The position numbers and the translations under genes were made by a program. A DNA stretch of 64,000 bases, from the NCBI RefSeq assembly GCF_009914755.1, contig NC_060939.1. The stretch is one strand, 5' to 3'. The DNA is from the human T2T-CHM13v2.0 reference genome, Homo sapiens. Shown in pieces: positions 1 to 12,329 of this stretch. The notes under the pieces are model-generated. The model did no database searches. It had not been told where the DNA came from and saw nothing but the letters and a program-made list of their open reading frames with translations. The first letter of the stretch is position 1. Every line of letters starts with the position of its first letter.

Positions 1-178
1 TTAAGTGCCAAAGTAACTCAGGCATAGGGCCTATCCCCAAATAGGACCTCTGCTTTATTTCCTTTGAAAGAGGAATAAAGCTACAGTTGGCCCTTTTGAC
101 TCCTGAACCACCAGGGAACACCGATTCCTCTTAGAGCCAGTTAGAGAAGGCTGGTGCTAAATGTCATCTCCTCATCTT

Positions 179-587
179 CAGAGCAGGATCTGGAAACCCA
201 GAGAGACGCCTAGGGTCCATCCTGCAGCGAGGAAAGGCCGGCTCTCCAGAGCAGGATCTGGAAACCCAGAGAGAGGCCTAGGGTCCATCCTGCAGCGAGG
301 AAAGGCCGGCTCTCCAGAGCAGGATCTGGAAACCCAGAGAGACGCCTAGGGTCCATCCTGCAGCGAGGAAAGGCCGGCTCTCCAGAGCAGGATCTGGAAA
401 CCCAGAGAGACGCCTAGGGTCCATCCTGCAGCGAGGAAAGGCCGGCTCTCCAGAGCAGGATCTGGAAACCCAGAGAGACGCTAGGGTCCATCCTGCAGCG
501 AGGAAAGGCCGGCTCTCCAGAGCAGGATCTGGAAACCCAGAGAGACGCCTAGGGTCCCTCCTGCAGCGAGGAAAGGCCGGCTCTCCA
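179..587. repeat. Minisatellite (VNTR), 6 copies of a 68-bp unit
   Basis: Unit GAGCAGGATCTGGAAACCCAGAGAGACGCCTAGGGTCCATCCTGCAGCGAGGAAAGGCCGGCTCTCCA starts at 181, 249, 317, 385, 453 and 520. Copy 2 and copy 6 each have one substitution; copy 5 has a 1-bp deletion. Confidence 0.97.
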
Positions 588-679
588 CTCTAGCAGCTGG
601 GATGGCAGGCACAGAGGTCAGGTAAGAGGATTCTGGCATCAAGCTGGCTGGGCTTGTTGGCTGGGTCCGGCTTATCATC

Positions 680-840
680 CAGGTGTCTTGGACAGGTTAC
701 TCAACCTCTCTAGGTCTCAGTTTTCTCATCAGTAAAGTGGGGGGTCAGCATGTGATCGACTGCACCTGGTGGCTGTGATGATTAAATAACATGACACATG
801 GAAGTTAGAACTTTGAACATAGGAAATGCTCAGTAAGTGT
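680..840 (+). mobile_element. MIR SINE fragment
   Basis: MIR core-like ttggacaggttactcaacctctctaggtctcagttttctcatcagtaaagtgggg. Confidence 0.8.
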
Positions 841-1009
841 GAGTTGCAGTGTCTGACCCAGAACCCACCACCGCGCTGACAAGGAGAGCCCAGGTCCCTG
901 CCAACTAGGAGAAGGGAAGACATTTGCATGTTGCATGTAACTCCTCTGCCTGCACTGGGGAGGTGTGACAGTAGGAGGGAAGGAGTGGCACTTACCACTT
1001 GGGGTTTGA

Positions 1010-1130
1010 TCTGCCCAGGATCAAATCCTGGCTCCACATGCACACACCCAGAGGTAGTGTGACATTGGGCCACTCATACGCTCTCTGAGAGCACCAGTTT
1101 CTCACCTGTAAGACAAGAAGTGTGATACCC
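1010..1130 (+). mobile_element. MIR SINE fragment
   Basis: tcaaatcctggctcc...gtgtgacattgggc...cagtttctcacctgtaa. Confidence 0.65.
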
Positions 1131-2784
1131 ATCTGAGTGCCAGGGTCGCCAGGTGACCTCTATTTAAGCACATGCTTTAGTTGCTTAGCTTCCTGCCAGG
1201 CAGATTTATAAATATATACATATATATGTATATTACAAATATATATATCAGGTGTACAAAGGCCTGTCCTTAAAAAGGATCATTACAATTTCAGACTTGT
1301 TCTGTCTTAATTTCTGATTGATACTTAATCAGCAATGGCTTGGAACACTGGCTTTTTGTCTCTCCCTCTGTTAAGTATTTAACAATCTGAAAAACAAACA
1401 TCGGAGAAGATGGAACCTACAGGGGCCCCTGATCCTTCTGCAGTTCTTGATCCTTCTGTGATAGGGCTGAGTCCACTCTCTATTTTATCTTTCTGCAAGA
1501 TCTGCTCCAGTGTGGTATTCTATTTAATAATGTAAAATGCTATTTCATGGAGGAGAGAGTACGGAAAGGTATCTTTTAAAAGATTTGCTTTCCCACCTCC
1601 ATGGCTGGCCTGAACCCTGCCTCCAGGTAGGTTTGTGAGGAATATGCAGTGGCCCTCTGAGAAGGAATATCCAATGAGATAGAAGAGGTCCAGCCCTCAG
1701 TACAGGACTTGGCATCGAGCTCCGTAATGGCTAGTACCCATGTGCAGCTTGGCCTTGCCTGGTATTATACCTAGGAAGTTTTTCTCTGTAGCTTAAGGCA
1801 TTGGTCCAGAGTCATATTTCTTCCCAGCCTCGATGCTGATCTCACTGTTATTGATCATTTACATTTTGGCATGGCCTTTTCTGGGACCATGCTTCAGAGA
1901 CGTCTTGTGTCTCAGGGCCAGGAGAGGGGAAGAAGTGCATCAGGTTCTAGCATCAGCGGATGTAAACAGAGAGAGAATGCTACCTTTGACGCCCCTCCTA
2001 GGAACTTTGGCCCCTATTAGTTGCTGAGGGTGGAGTGGCCTGGGGTCTTGGGGGCACTGCCCTGTGTGTTAGCAGTGGTAATTTTAAAGGTGGCCCTCTC
2101 TGACTAGTGTCCAGCCGATGGGGATTAGGCTGGCCTTTGCTTTTTGCCAACTTTAGAGGCCTCTGCAGGCAGCAGGCTGGACAGCTCTGGAACTGGGCTG
2201 TTTCTGCTTTATGGATACTCCTCTCTTTGGTGAAATTCAGCCTTCCATGGCTATACAAAAGATGAATTCCACATCCACGTAGTGGCTCTGCCAGCTTCCA
2301 AAGTAAGCTCTTCGGGTCAGACTCTCACCAGACCAAATGATGCCTGGTCCCTGGGCCTCCCCCTGTGACTTGGCTTTTGGGGTATAGCTTGATCACTGGC
2401 TCCTGGACCCATCCTGGTTTATTAATGCCTCCCCTAAACATAGCACCAATCTTCATTTCGCCTGTGCTAGCACTTCAAATGTATTGGTGTGGAAGCCAGC
2501 TGGAACTGACCAGATGAGCTCATCTACCATTGCCCAGCCAGGAGTTTGAAAGGAGAGAGGATTGCTGATTAAAGCGGAACGTGTGTGGGAGGTAGGGAGG
2601 AGGAGAGGCTTGGGAAGGACTGGGCAGGGTTCATCAGGGACTCCAAGGAGGCTGGCTCTCTGCTACAACCAGAGCATCCAGCGCATCCCAGAGGATCTTG
2701 CAGGTGCTTAGAGCAGGGGCTCTTGGGAAATGCAAAAAAGGCCTGGACAATAAGTATAAACCACATAGAAACGGCTTTGGGAGT

Positions 2785-3070
2785 GCTGGGTGCAATAGCT
2801 CTGTGATCCCAATACTCTGGGAGGCCAAGGCTGGAGGATTGCTTGAAGCCAGGAGTTTGAGACCAGCCTGGGCCATGGAGTGAGACCCCATCTCAATCAA
2901 CCAATCAATCAATCAATCAGGTGTGGTGGTGCACACCTGTAGTCCCAGCTGCTTGGGAGGCTGAGGCAAAAGGATCACTTGAGCCCAGGAGGTTGAAGTT
3001 GCAGTGAGCTGTGATTGTGTCACTGCACTCCAGCCTGGGCAACGGAGTGAGACCCTGTCTCAACATAAAA
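2785..3070 (+). mobile_element. AluJ-type SINE with an (AATC)n linker
   Basis: Two Alu arms; J-type ggaggattgcttgaagccaggagttt; middle A-rich region converted to aatc repeats. Confidence 0.93.
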
Positions 3071-3768
3071 AGAAATGTCTTTGTCTTTGTCTTTGTGGGA
3101 ATAAAATAATGCAGACCCCAGTCCTCCCCTTATGAGATGGCCATAGACAACTCAGCAGCTGACACCTGCCAATGCTAACTGCCTTCATTCTGCCCACTTG
3201 CCAATGCTAACTGCCCCTCAGTGAAGACCACCTCTTCTTCAGGGCTGCCGACGTTTGCAGCATGTGTTGTTGGCACATCCATTTGACAATTCTGGGCTGC
3301 GACAGTCTCTCATTTCTGACTTAACCTCTCACTCCTCTCTTCCATGGTCATTTAACTTTTTGCCTTCAGTGTTCAGTGAGTGGAGGCCTTGAAGGCTGGG
3401 ACCAGGTTTTACAGCTTCTGGGGTCCCTCCAGGGCCTGTGCAGAGTGAGGGCCAATCAGTGTTTGCAGCTCTCGTTTGCTGTGGGCAGCAGGGGCTGGAG
3501 GCTGTAAAGCTGCTCACATGGAGGGAGGGCAAAGGCTCGGGGGTATGGAAGACATATTTCCAGCCAGGAAATCTGGAACCCTCGGGATGGAGCCCATCCC
3601 GGAATAGAAGACACATGGATTAAAAGTCTGACCTCAGATGGAAATTTCTCGTCCCCAGCCTGTGACTCTCTTTTCAGTTCCTAATGGAAGCCTCTACAAC
3701 CTGGCTTGCTTCCACACAGCTTGTCCCAGCCCTGCAAACTCTGCCCAGCTGGCGTTCAAGCCCAAAGA

Positions 3769-3984
3769 CAGTGGTGTGCTGGTAAATGTTTAACAACGGG
3801 CTCTCTGGGAGAAAAGACTGACTTGTATCCTGATTGGTAGCATTTGCCAATTTTTTGTGGTACTCATCATCTCATCATGGCTGATCCTAAGCTACTCAAG
3901 TGAACCTACTGAACACAGAGTTGGGAAGAGATGCAGAGGAGCAGCTTTCTTGGACAGGTGGGAGCTGGCTCTAGCACATCACTG
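3769..3984 (-). mobile_element. hAT-type MITE (MER63-like)
   Basis: Terminal inverted repeats CAGTGGTGTGCTGG ... CTAGCACATCACTG. Confidence 0.75.
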
Positions 3985-4134
3985 CCCGGTGACCTCTTAG
4001 TGCCACCCCCTTCTGATGTCCTCACAGTACTTATCCCCTTTCCTGGCCTTCTTAGGCTGCGAGGATCTCCTGGTTCTCCTTCTCACCATCTGCCCTTTGC
4101 TTCTCCATGAATCACTCCACCACCTGCCCTGCAG

Positions 4135-4695
4135 AGCAGCATTCTCAGTCCTGACTATGTGTTTGGCTCCCATAGGGAGCATTTAAAGCTGCCCATATTG
4201 GCTAAACGCGGTGGCTCGTGCCTGGAATTCCAGTACTTTGGGAGGCCAAGGTGGGAGGATCGCTTAAGCCTGGAGACCAACTGGAGTCCCAAGACCTTGT
4301 CTTTATAAAAATTTTTAAAAAGCTGGGTGTGGTGATGAGCCTGGGCGTTTGAGGCTGCAGTGAACTAAGATAAAGCCACTGCACTCCAGCCTGGGCAACG
4401 GAGTGAGACTCTGTTGCTAAATAAATAAATAAAACTCCCGACTCCCAGGTCTTACCTCAGAGCAGTTAGATCAGGATCTCGGGGTGTGGCATCAGGCAGC
4501 AGAAGTTTTTGAGGCTCTCCAGGTAATTCCAATATGCAGCTAACTATGAGAACTGCTGATTTTAAAAATTCCAATGCTGGTTCTTTCTTCCCATCCCAGA
4601 CAAATCAGATTCCCCAGGAATGGTCCTTGGTTCACTGTATGACTTCAGAGCTCTCCAGATGAAGCCATGTGTAGCCACCATTGAGGCTCACTATC
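4135..4695. mobile_element. MER5-type hAT-Charlie fragments, the first split by an Alu
   Basis: cagcattctcag... start and ...gctctccaggtaattccaatatgcagc...tgagaactgctg end; a second partial copy follows at about 4560-4695. Confidence 0.6.
4200..4433 (+). mobile_element. Internally deleted old Alu (AluJ-like)
   Basis: Alu 5' end, shortened arms, gccactgcactccagcctgggcaac, (TAAA)n tail. Confidence 0.9.
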
Positions 4696-4829
4696 TCTGA
4701 GGCCCCGGGCCCTGTCCTCAGCCCTTTCCTAAGCGCTCGCCATTCTCCCCAGGTGGCCTCATCTCCCTTAATGTCCTCCTATAATGTCTCCGATAATGTC
4801 CTCATCTCCCATAATGTGTAATGTCCTAG

Positions 4830-5385
4830 AGATTTGTCTTTTCAAATCTCCATGTCCAGCCCTGTTCTCTCGCCTGAATTCTTCCTGCCTTGCCATATCC
4901 ACCTGGGACACCCCAGACGCCTCAACTCAACACATTCACCACCTAACTCAGCCTCTTGTCCATTCCTTGTACCTCTTCCTTTCTCACCACTTGCCCTGGC
5001 TTACCCCTGGAGAAGTCTGGAGTTCATGGCTCTTTCCATTCCTACTCCAGCTACCCCAGCAGCTCTAGCCTGGGCTTTTTGGAAGTCATCTTCTGGACTC
5101 CAGCTCCCTGCACTACTAGCGACCTTACTAAATCACTCCTCCCCACAACCACATGCCTTGGCTTCCCTTGGCCTGCAGGGAATACACATGTGGGACTCCA
5201 CAGTGTCTCTCTTGCCTCCTGGCTTCATGTTGATCACATCCCAGCCTCACTGAACTGCTCAGTGCTCCCTTACAAGGCCCGGCACCATCCTGCCTACCCC
5301 CTTTGTTCCCACTGTCCACTGGCCTTTCTCCCTTCTCCACCCATGGACACCCTCTTTATCCTGCAAATGCCCAGCTCAAGTGGCA
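4830..5385. mobile_element. L2 LINE fragments
   Basis: Pyrimidine-rich L2-like motifs such as tccagccctgttctctc...atatccacctggga...ctcaactcaacac. Confidence 0.55.
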
Positions 5386-5388
5386 GCT

Positions 5389-5751
5389 TGTATTAGTCTG
5401 TTTTCAAGCTGCTGATAAAGACATACCGAGGCTGGGTGATTTATAAAGAAAAAAGAGGCTTAATGGACTCACAGTTCCACGTGGCTGGGGAGGCTTCACA
5501 ATCATGGTGGAAGGCGAAAGGCACATCTTACACGGCAGCAGACAAGAGAGAGAATAAGAGCCAAGTGAAAGGGGTTTCCCCTTATAAAACCATCAGAACT
5601 CTTGTGGACTTATTCACTATCATGAGAACAGTATGGGGGAAACTGCCCCATGATTCAATTATCTTCCACCAGGTCCTCCTGCAACACATGGGAATTATGG
5701 GAGCTACAATTCAAGATGAGATGTGGGTGGAGACATAGCCAAACCATATCA
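5389..5751 (-). mobile_element. THE1 (THE1B-like) MaLR solo LTR
   Basis: tgtattagtctgttttc..gctgctgataaagacatacc ... gagatgtgggtggagacatagccaaaccatatca termini. Confidence 0.92.
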
Positions 5752-6022
5752 TATCTCTTCCGTGAAGACTCCTTGACCCCATCCACAGAATTAATTACGC
5801 CCATGCTGGAGCCTTGCTCCTGTTGTGCACGGTCTATTATGGGCCAGTCCTCTTTGGATGATCTCAGTCAGCCCTCTAGTTCTGTTTCTGCCTCTCTTCT
5901 CTATGCTCTGTGGAGGTAGGGACCTTTTTTGATCATCTTTATAATCTCCCAGTGTTTAATTGATCAGTTAGCAGATAAGGGATGCCTGCTACATGTTGTG
6001 ATAAGAGTAGATTTAAATTTAA

Positions 6023-6214
<192 letters not shown>

Positions 6215-6230
6215 TAAACTAATCAGCAGG

Positions 6231-6985
6231 TATGATGGGTTGAGCTTTGTCCTCTAAACATTCAAGCGTTGGAGCCCTAACCCTCAGTATCTTAACATGT
6301 GACCTTTTTCAGATACAGTGTCTTTTCAGAGGTAATCAAGTTAAAATGAGGTCCTTAGAGTGAATCCTAAATGTATGTGCTGGTGCCCTTATAAAAAAGG
6401 AGAAAGGTGGACCTAGACACAGAGGGAGAACATCATGTGAAGACAATGGCAGAGATTGAGGTGATGCTTCTACAAGGCAACAAATGCCAAAGATTGCCCG
6501 CAAACCCCCAGAAGTGAGGGCAGAGGCAAGAAACAGGTTCTACTTCTCAGCTTCAGAAGGAACCAACCCTGCTGACATCTCGATCTCAGACCTCTGATGA
6601 AGTCTGTGGTACCAATGTCCCCATTTTGTATATTTGAAAACTGAGGCTCAGAGAGGTTTGGATGATGTTAGTAAATGGTAGAGCTGGATTTCAGTGCAGG
6701 CCAGCCTGGTGCCAAGGCCTGTGCTCCTGATCAGCACGTAAAGCTCGTCCCCTCTCCCTCCAAGGTCACTGAGCCCCACCAGGGTCCAGGCACTAAAGAT
6801 ACTGAGAGAAGCAAAATACAGCTCCTGTCTTCACTGAGCTGCTGGTTAAAAGGAAAACAGCCTCTGAGACCAGTGGCCACCATGTGAAGACTTCTGGCCT
6901 CCAGAACTTCGAGAGAATACATTTCTGTTATTGAAGCAACTCAGTTTGTGGTACTTTATTATGGCAACCCTAGCAGATTCAGACA
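6231..6985 (+). mobile_element. MLT1C-like MaLR solo LTR interrupted by a 295-bp foreign insert
   Basis: MLT1 body (gtaatcaagttaaaatgaggtc, gaaggaaccaaccctgctgaca, gacttctggcctccagaac); perfect 5-bp TSD GCAGG at 6226-6230 and 6986-6990. Confidence 0.9.
6594..6888 (+). repeat. Templated insertion: direct copy of 11198-11494
   Basis: About 90% identical by eye; bracketed by AGAC(C/T)TCTG at 6588-6596 and 6888-6896. Confidence 0.92.
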
Positions 6986-7044
6986 GCAGGTAAATAGTAT
7001 GTCCTAGAACTTTGATTCAAAACTGAGTTCAAAATCATTTTTAC

Positions 7045-7195
7045 TCTACAAATGTTTATTGCATCCTTACTATTGGCAAGGCAATGTTGTGGGCCTGGGA
7101 GGCAGAGCAGTAAACAAAAGGGCCAAGGCCTCTTCTGTCCTATGGCTTCTTTTACAGGGGAAGACAGGCAATAAAAACACAAACAAGGACAGAGC
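7045..7195 (-). mobile_element. L2 3'-end fragment
   Basis: aatgtttattg..ctactat..gcaaggcaatgttg..ggcagagcagtaaacaa. Confidence 0.6.
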
Positions 7196-7269
7196 TAATG
7201 ATGACAGTTGCAAGGGCTCCTGGGACATGGCCCCTTCTTTCTCTTCTCTTTCTCTTATTTGGGCCATGA

Positions 7270-7649
<380 letters not shown>

Positions 7650-7742
7650 AAAATAGAAATTTTTAATAATCAAAGTGCCTTTTGTTTTCTTCTTCCCACT
7701 CCCGTGGTTAAAAAAAATGGCTAACAAAACAAATGAAACAAA

Positions 7743-8040
7743 TTTTTTTTTCTTTTTGAGACAGGGTCTTGCTCTGTCACCCAGGCTGGAGTACAGTGGT
7801 GCGATCTTGGCTCACTGCAACCTCTACCTTCTGAGTTGAAGTGATTCTCCTGCCTCGGCCTCCCCAGTAGTTGGGATTACAGGCACCACCCACCATGCTC
7901 AGCTAATTTTTTGTATTTTTAGTAGAGACGGGGTTTCACCATGTTGGCCAGGCTGGTCTCAAACTCCTGACCTCAAGTGATCTGCTCGCCTCAGCCTCCC
8001 AAAGTGTTGGGAATACAGGTGTAAGCCACCACACCTGGCT
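7743..8040 (-). mobile_element. AluS
   Basis: Full dimeric Alu; ctcctgacctcaagtgatc. Confidence 0.95.
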
Positions 8041-8658
8041 TCTTTTTATTCTTTATTTAAAAAAAAAAAAAACACTCAAACTACTCACGTGGGGCTGTGC
8101 TCTGCAGGATGGGTGATGAGGGTGACTGTCCCAGTGTCAGCATGTTGTTATGGGCTCGCTGTTTCATGTGGAAATGGACTAATAGCCCTGCAGAGCTCAG
8201 CCAACATGGGAGCGGGCATGTCACTTAGGCTGGCTGGAGCATGAAGCCAAAATCTTCCCACAGTGCCGGGGAGCCCTTCCCGAAGACAAGCTTTAACCAT
8301 GGCCCAGCTGCCTAAGGAGGCAGGGCAGGCAGGGTGTGAGCCTCTGGATAATTTCTTTTCTGGGTGAAGAATCACAAAGACTGTAATTTGAGAATCTATA
8401 GAATCGTAACACCTCATTTAGCCAGTGCCATTAGGGAGTGAGGAGTTCCACATAAGTGAGTTTTCCAGATATTTGAACTTCAGTCCCTTAAGAGCCAAAG
8501 CTTAAAAGAAATTAACCAGTTTGACAGAAGGCTTTCTAAAGTATGTTCCTCTGCTTTCAGACCCTGGGTACCCAGAAGAGGTTTGGCCCCTTCCCAGCAA
8601 CTATGATGGGACCCTCAACATCTGCTTCTGTGTTGGATGGGTCACAGTTTCTTCTAGG

Positions 8659-8843
8659 GTGGTGGTTCTCAGCCCACCTTAGCTGCGTGTTCAAATCTTT
8701 TGAAGAACTTTAAAAAAAAAGTCCGGATGCCCCTGCCAACCTTAGGTCATTTCGTTTAGAATCTCCAGAAGGCAGAACCAGGTATAGGTATTTATGAAAG
8801 CTTCCCAGATGATTCCAATATGTAGACATATCTGAGAACTGCT
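8659..8843. mobile_element. MER5-type hAT-Charlie MITE
   Basis: gtggttctca... / ...tgagaactgctg termini; aagcttcccagatgattccaat. Confidence 0.75.
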
Positions 8844-9256
8844 GCTCTAGGGTGCATTGAGTTTCCCCCAGTAATAAAAAGTAACATCGTCTCAGCAACC
8901 ATCGTGCAAGTGACTGCTCCTGAGTCAGATCCTCGGCTGGTGGCCCACCTGCCTCATCTTCAATTCCTGCCACTATCTGGTGTTTTTAACCCTGCTTTTC
9001 AGATGGGAAAGCTGAGCTTCAGAGTGGCAGGAACTTGCCCACTTCACTTAGCTAGACAGCAGCAGAGTCACGGTGTCCAGCCCGTTTCATCCCAATGTCC
9101 TCCTAGGTAGGACAGCCCTAGCTGGCTCTCTGGAGCATTCTTCTCCAACTTGCTTTGGTTTTCCTCTTCCCTTCTTCACAGTTGGCTTCCAGCAGCACCT
9201 TCCCCTTGTTGCCTACATACCTTTCTCTAACCCTGCCATGCCATTCTGGCATCTGC

Positions 9257-9462
9257 CCAGCCTGTTCTAGCATCAATTTCTTCATCTGTGAAATGGGGAT
9301 GGCACCACCCACTGCGCAAGGCTTAAACAGGGCATGTAAAACACCTAGCCCAAGTGATCACCCTGGAGGTGGTGGCTTGTCCTCCCAGATCAAATCCTCC
9401 TCCAAACCCATGAGGAACTCTCTAAGTCAACCCCACCTCCGCCTGCTGCTCCTCTACCTCTG
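9257..9462 (+). repeat. Templated insertion: direct copy of 10111-10335
   Basis: About 80% identity extending past the MIR core into unique flank; bounded by ATCTGCC(C/T)(A/G)GC at 9251-9261 and 9469-9479. Confidence 0.82.
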
Positions 9463-10079
9463 ATTTGAATCTGCCTGGCACTGGGAATCTGGGTCACTCA
9501 TCTTGCTGGGACTATGTGCAAACTAAGAGTAAATAGGCTCCAAGTAAAGGCCTGAAAGATGGCCCTTTCTGTGAGAAATGCATGTGAGCCTAGTGCATCA
9601 TCTTTGGCAATTTGTCTTCACTGCATAGGACCCACGAGATTGCTGTGTAAATAAATCAGCTCACTTCTCAGCCTTTTGTATGCTCCTTGAGGGATCCTGA
9701 GGCACCGGGCACGCTGACGGAGCTTCATCATTATTTGCTGGCTGTCTATTTTGGAGATCGCCCCTGGTTGGTCACCCCATGATGTATAAGGAGGATGCAG
9801 TCCCCTCTAAAGTCAGCTCCTGCTGCTGCTCTGTCCTTACCTCCCCCATCTCTTCCCTCTCTGGCCAAATGCGGCTTCTCAGGAGCCTCTGAACTGGTCC
9901 CGAACATCCTCACCTTGATGCTTTTGTGTCAGCTTCCCCCATGCTCCCTCCTCTGTAAGCCCTGCCCTGCTTCCTTTCAGCAAACACTTCTTAAGAGCTT
10001 TTGTAGACAAGGAAGGTCAGTGGACCAAGCTCTGAGAGGGAAAGACAAGCCTTACCAGGGCCCTTTCCTCAAAGAGCTT

Positions 10080-10220
10080 CTACCACAGTCCTGGCCTTTG
10101 GGTAAGGAGTCCAGTCTGTTCCATTATAGCATCGATTTCTTCATCTGTGAAATGGGGATGGGACCACCCACCTCATGAGGCTTAAAGTAAAGAGGGTGTG
10201 TAAAATACCTGGCCCAAATG
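10080..10220 (+). mobile_element. MIR (donor of the 9257 copy)
   Basis: tggcctttgggtaag...tttcttcatctgtgaaatggggat. Confidence 0.7.
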
Positions 10221-11129
10221 ATCACCCAGGACGTGGAGGCTCATCCTCCTAGAGACCAGACCAAACCCTCCTAGAAACCCACGGAGATCTCTATCAAGTC
10301 AACCCTGCCTCCCCTTCTGACTTCCTCTACCTCTGCTGTTGGGCTAAGACAGCTCCTATGAGATCAGTGAGGCTCAAATAAATGTCATTCCTCCCTGCCC
10401 AGCTCTTGGCAGGACGAGAAGTTTACATACTCCCTGGGTGGAGAGGTGGGGGTGGGTGCCAGAGCAGAGGAGGGGCTGGAAGAAGCACTGAGTTCCAGTA
10501 TTTCTGTAGCTAGGTCTTCAGGAGATGACTCTTCACACCAGCCTTTGGTCCCAGCTCTCTGTGCCCTGGGCTCACCTGGACATACCTCTGCATGCCTTCG
10601 TCTGCTCTTCCCAGCCAGAGGTGGACTCTGTGAGAGGGAGCTCCCTCTTCCACCTCCAGTGGCTCCTGTAGGCCCAGCCCAAGAGCAGAGGGCCACTGTG
10701 TTCCCCCACTAGAGTCTGATTCTTTCGCCCACATTACCTCCAGCCTCTCTGAATACAGGCCTTGAGAGACCTGAGCATGTATGGGCTTCCGAATGCAAAC
10801 AAGGAGTGAAGTATTTCAAAACCTGGTATTTCACCAGAAATGGCCCTTCAGAGGGGCCCAAAATACACAGCTCGGTGTTTGCACTTCAAAGAGTGGGAGG
10901 CCCAGTCAAGGCTCCAGGCAGCCAGGTCTTCCCTGTGTCAACAAGGGGAAGGAAAGCAGCTTGGCCCTGTCTGGGGCATCCTGAGAAAGGGGTTTTCCGA
11001 CTGCAGCTGGAGAAGAAGGCAGGGCAGGGAAGGGCTGCCAATCCCCGGGGTGCTTCCTGCAGACGGCGTGGAGACCCAGGGGCTTTCTTGTGAGCTCACA
11101 GAGGAACCTTTTGGGGAATTCCCCAATGA

Positions 11130-11660
11130 TAATGACAATAGTTCCCGGTTACTGCCTGTGATATGCTAAGCTCTTTCCATGGTTTTTCCCATTCATCCTG
11201 ATGAGGCCGGCAGTACCAATCTTCCCATTTTGTAGATTTGAAAACTGAGGCTCAGAGAGGTTTGGATGACATGTAGGTTAATGGCAGAACTGGATTTCAG
11301 TGCAGGCCAGCCTGCTGCCAAGGCCTGTGCTCCTGATCAGCATGTAAAGCTCATCCCCTCTCCCTCTAAGGTCACTGAGCCCCATCAGGGTCTAGGCGCT
11401 GAAGATACTGAGAGAAACAAAGTACAACCCCTGTCTTCACTGAGCTGCCAGTTAAAAGGAGAACAGCCTCGGAGACCAGTGGCCACCATGTGAAAGTGAA
11501 AGTGCTTTGTCAGAGGCTTTCTGCACAGTCGTGGGAGTGGGAAAAGGAAGCACTTGCCTCTTCAGGGGCCCTATGGAAGAGGGGGCCAGCAAGCTAAATC
11601 TGGAGAGAAGAGATAGCATTTGCCAGGTGGGCAGAAGGGACAGCACCTGTGGCCAGCCAG
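11130..11660 (-). mobile_element. MIR followed by L2 fragment (contains the donor of the 6594 insert)
   Basis: cccattttgtagatttgaaaactgaggctcagagagg, then L2-like ggtctaggcgctgaagatactgagaga... Confidence 0.7.
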
Positions 11661-12329
11661 ACCCTGCAAGCTGTGTTTGTTGTGGTCACTGAGTGGGCCT
11701 GAGTGCCGCAAAGTGAACCACTCACTCTGAGGTCTAGGTGGGGCTGTGGAACTTGGAGGATTTTAAGGAGCAGGGAGAATGAGCTAGGCACTCTCAAAGG
11801 CTCAGGTAGATGTGGAGGGGGCATGGAGCAGACACAGATTAGCCTGTCCTGACCTCTCTTAGCACATCAGACCCCAAGAGGACCCCGGTGACAATTTCTC
11901 AAGACCTCATGACAGCAGTGTGGGTAATGATGACACAGTGGTGGTGTCTCAAATGCACCCAAAACTTATCAGTGTCACTGTTTTTGACAGATCCATCCTT
12001 AGCCCAGGCCCAAGATGCAGGCATTTTCACTCCCATGGGACCCACGAGAAGAGTGGAGTGGTTCCACATCAGGAGAATGGGACGCTTTGCGGTGTGAGCC
12101 GGGGGAGGCCCTTTTGCTTCCCTCTATGGGGCTCAATTTTTTCAGCAGAAAATGAAGTGGACAGGATGATCCCTGAATTCTGGCTTGAACAAAAGCTCCC
12201 GCGTGGCGCTGAAGGTGGAGGTGTTTCGGCTCAAGGAATCTACCCTGTGAGCATGAGGAGTTGAGACAAGCCTGGGCTAGGAGAAGGACACCAGCCCATG
12301 ACCCAGGCTAAGCTCTGTCATGGGCAGGA

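Noticed and set aside
179-587. CRISPR-like array or repeat-protein ORF (161-349, 481-678)
   Set aside because: Head-to-tail units with no unique spacers, eukaryotic context, and a 68-bp period that shifts frame.
3167-3216. 17-bp direct repeat TGCCAATGCTAACTGCC (similar short ones at about 1429, 4769, 14555 and 21847)
   Set aside because: Ordinary short slippage duplications, common in mammalian DNA.
5481-5493. PRDM9 hotspot motif in the THE1 LTR
   Set aside because: Reads CCTCCCCAGCCAC on the minus strand, the consensus-type version rather than the hotspot-associated CCTCCCT.
10385-10696. Ser/Pro-rich minus-strand ORF with a possible GTATGT donor
   Set aside because: No recognisable homology or clear acceptor site; compatible with GC-rich random sequence.
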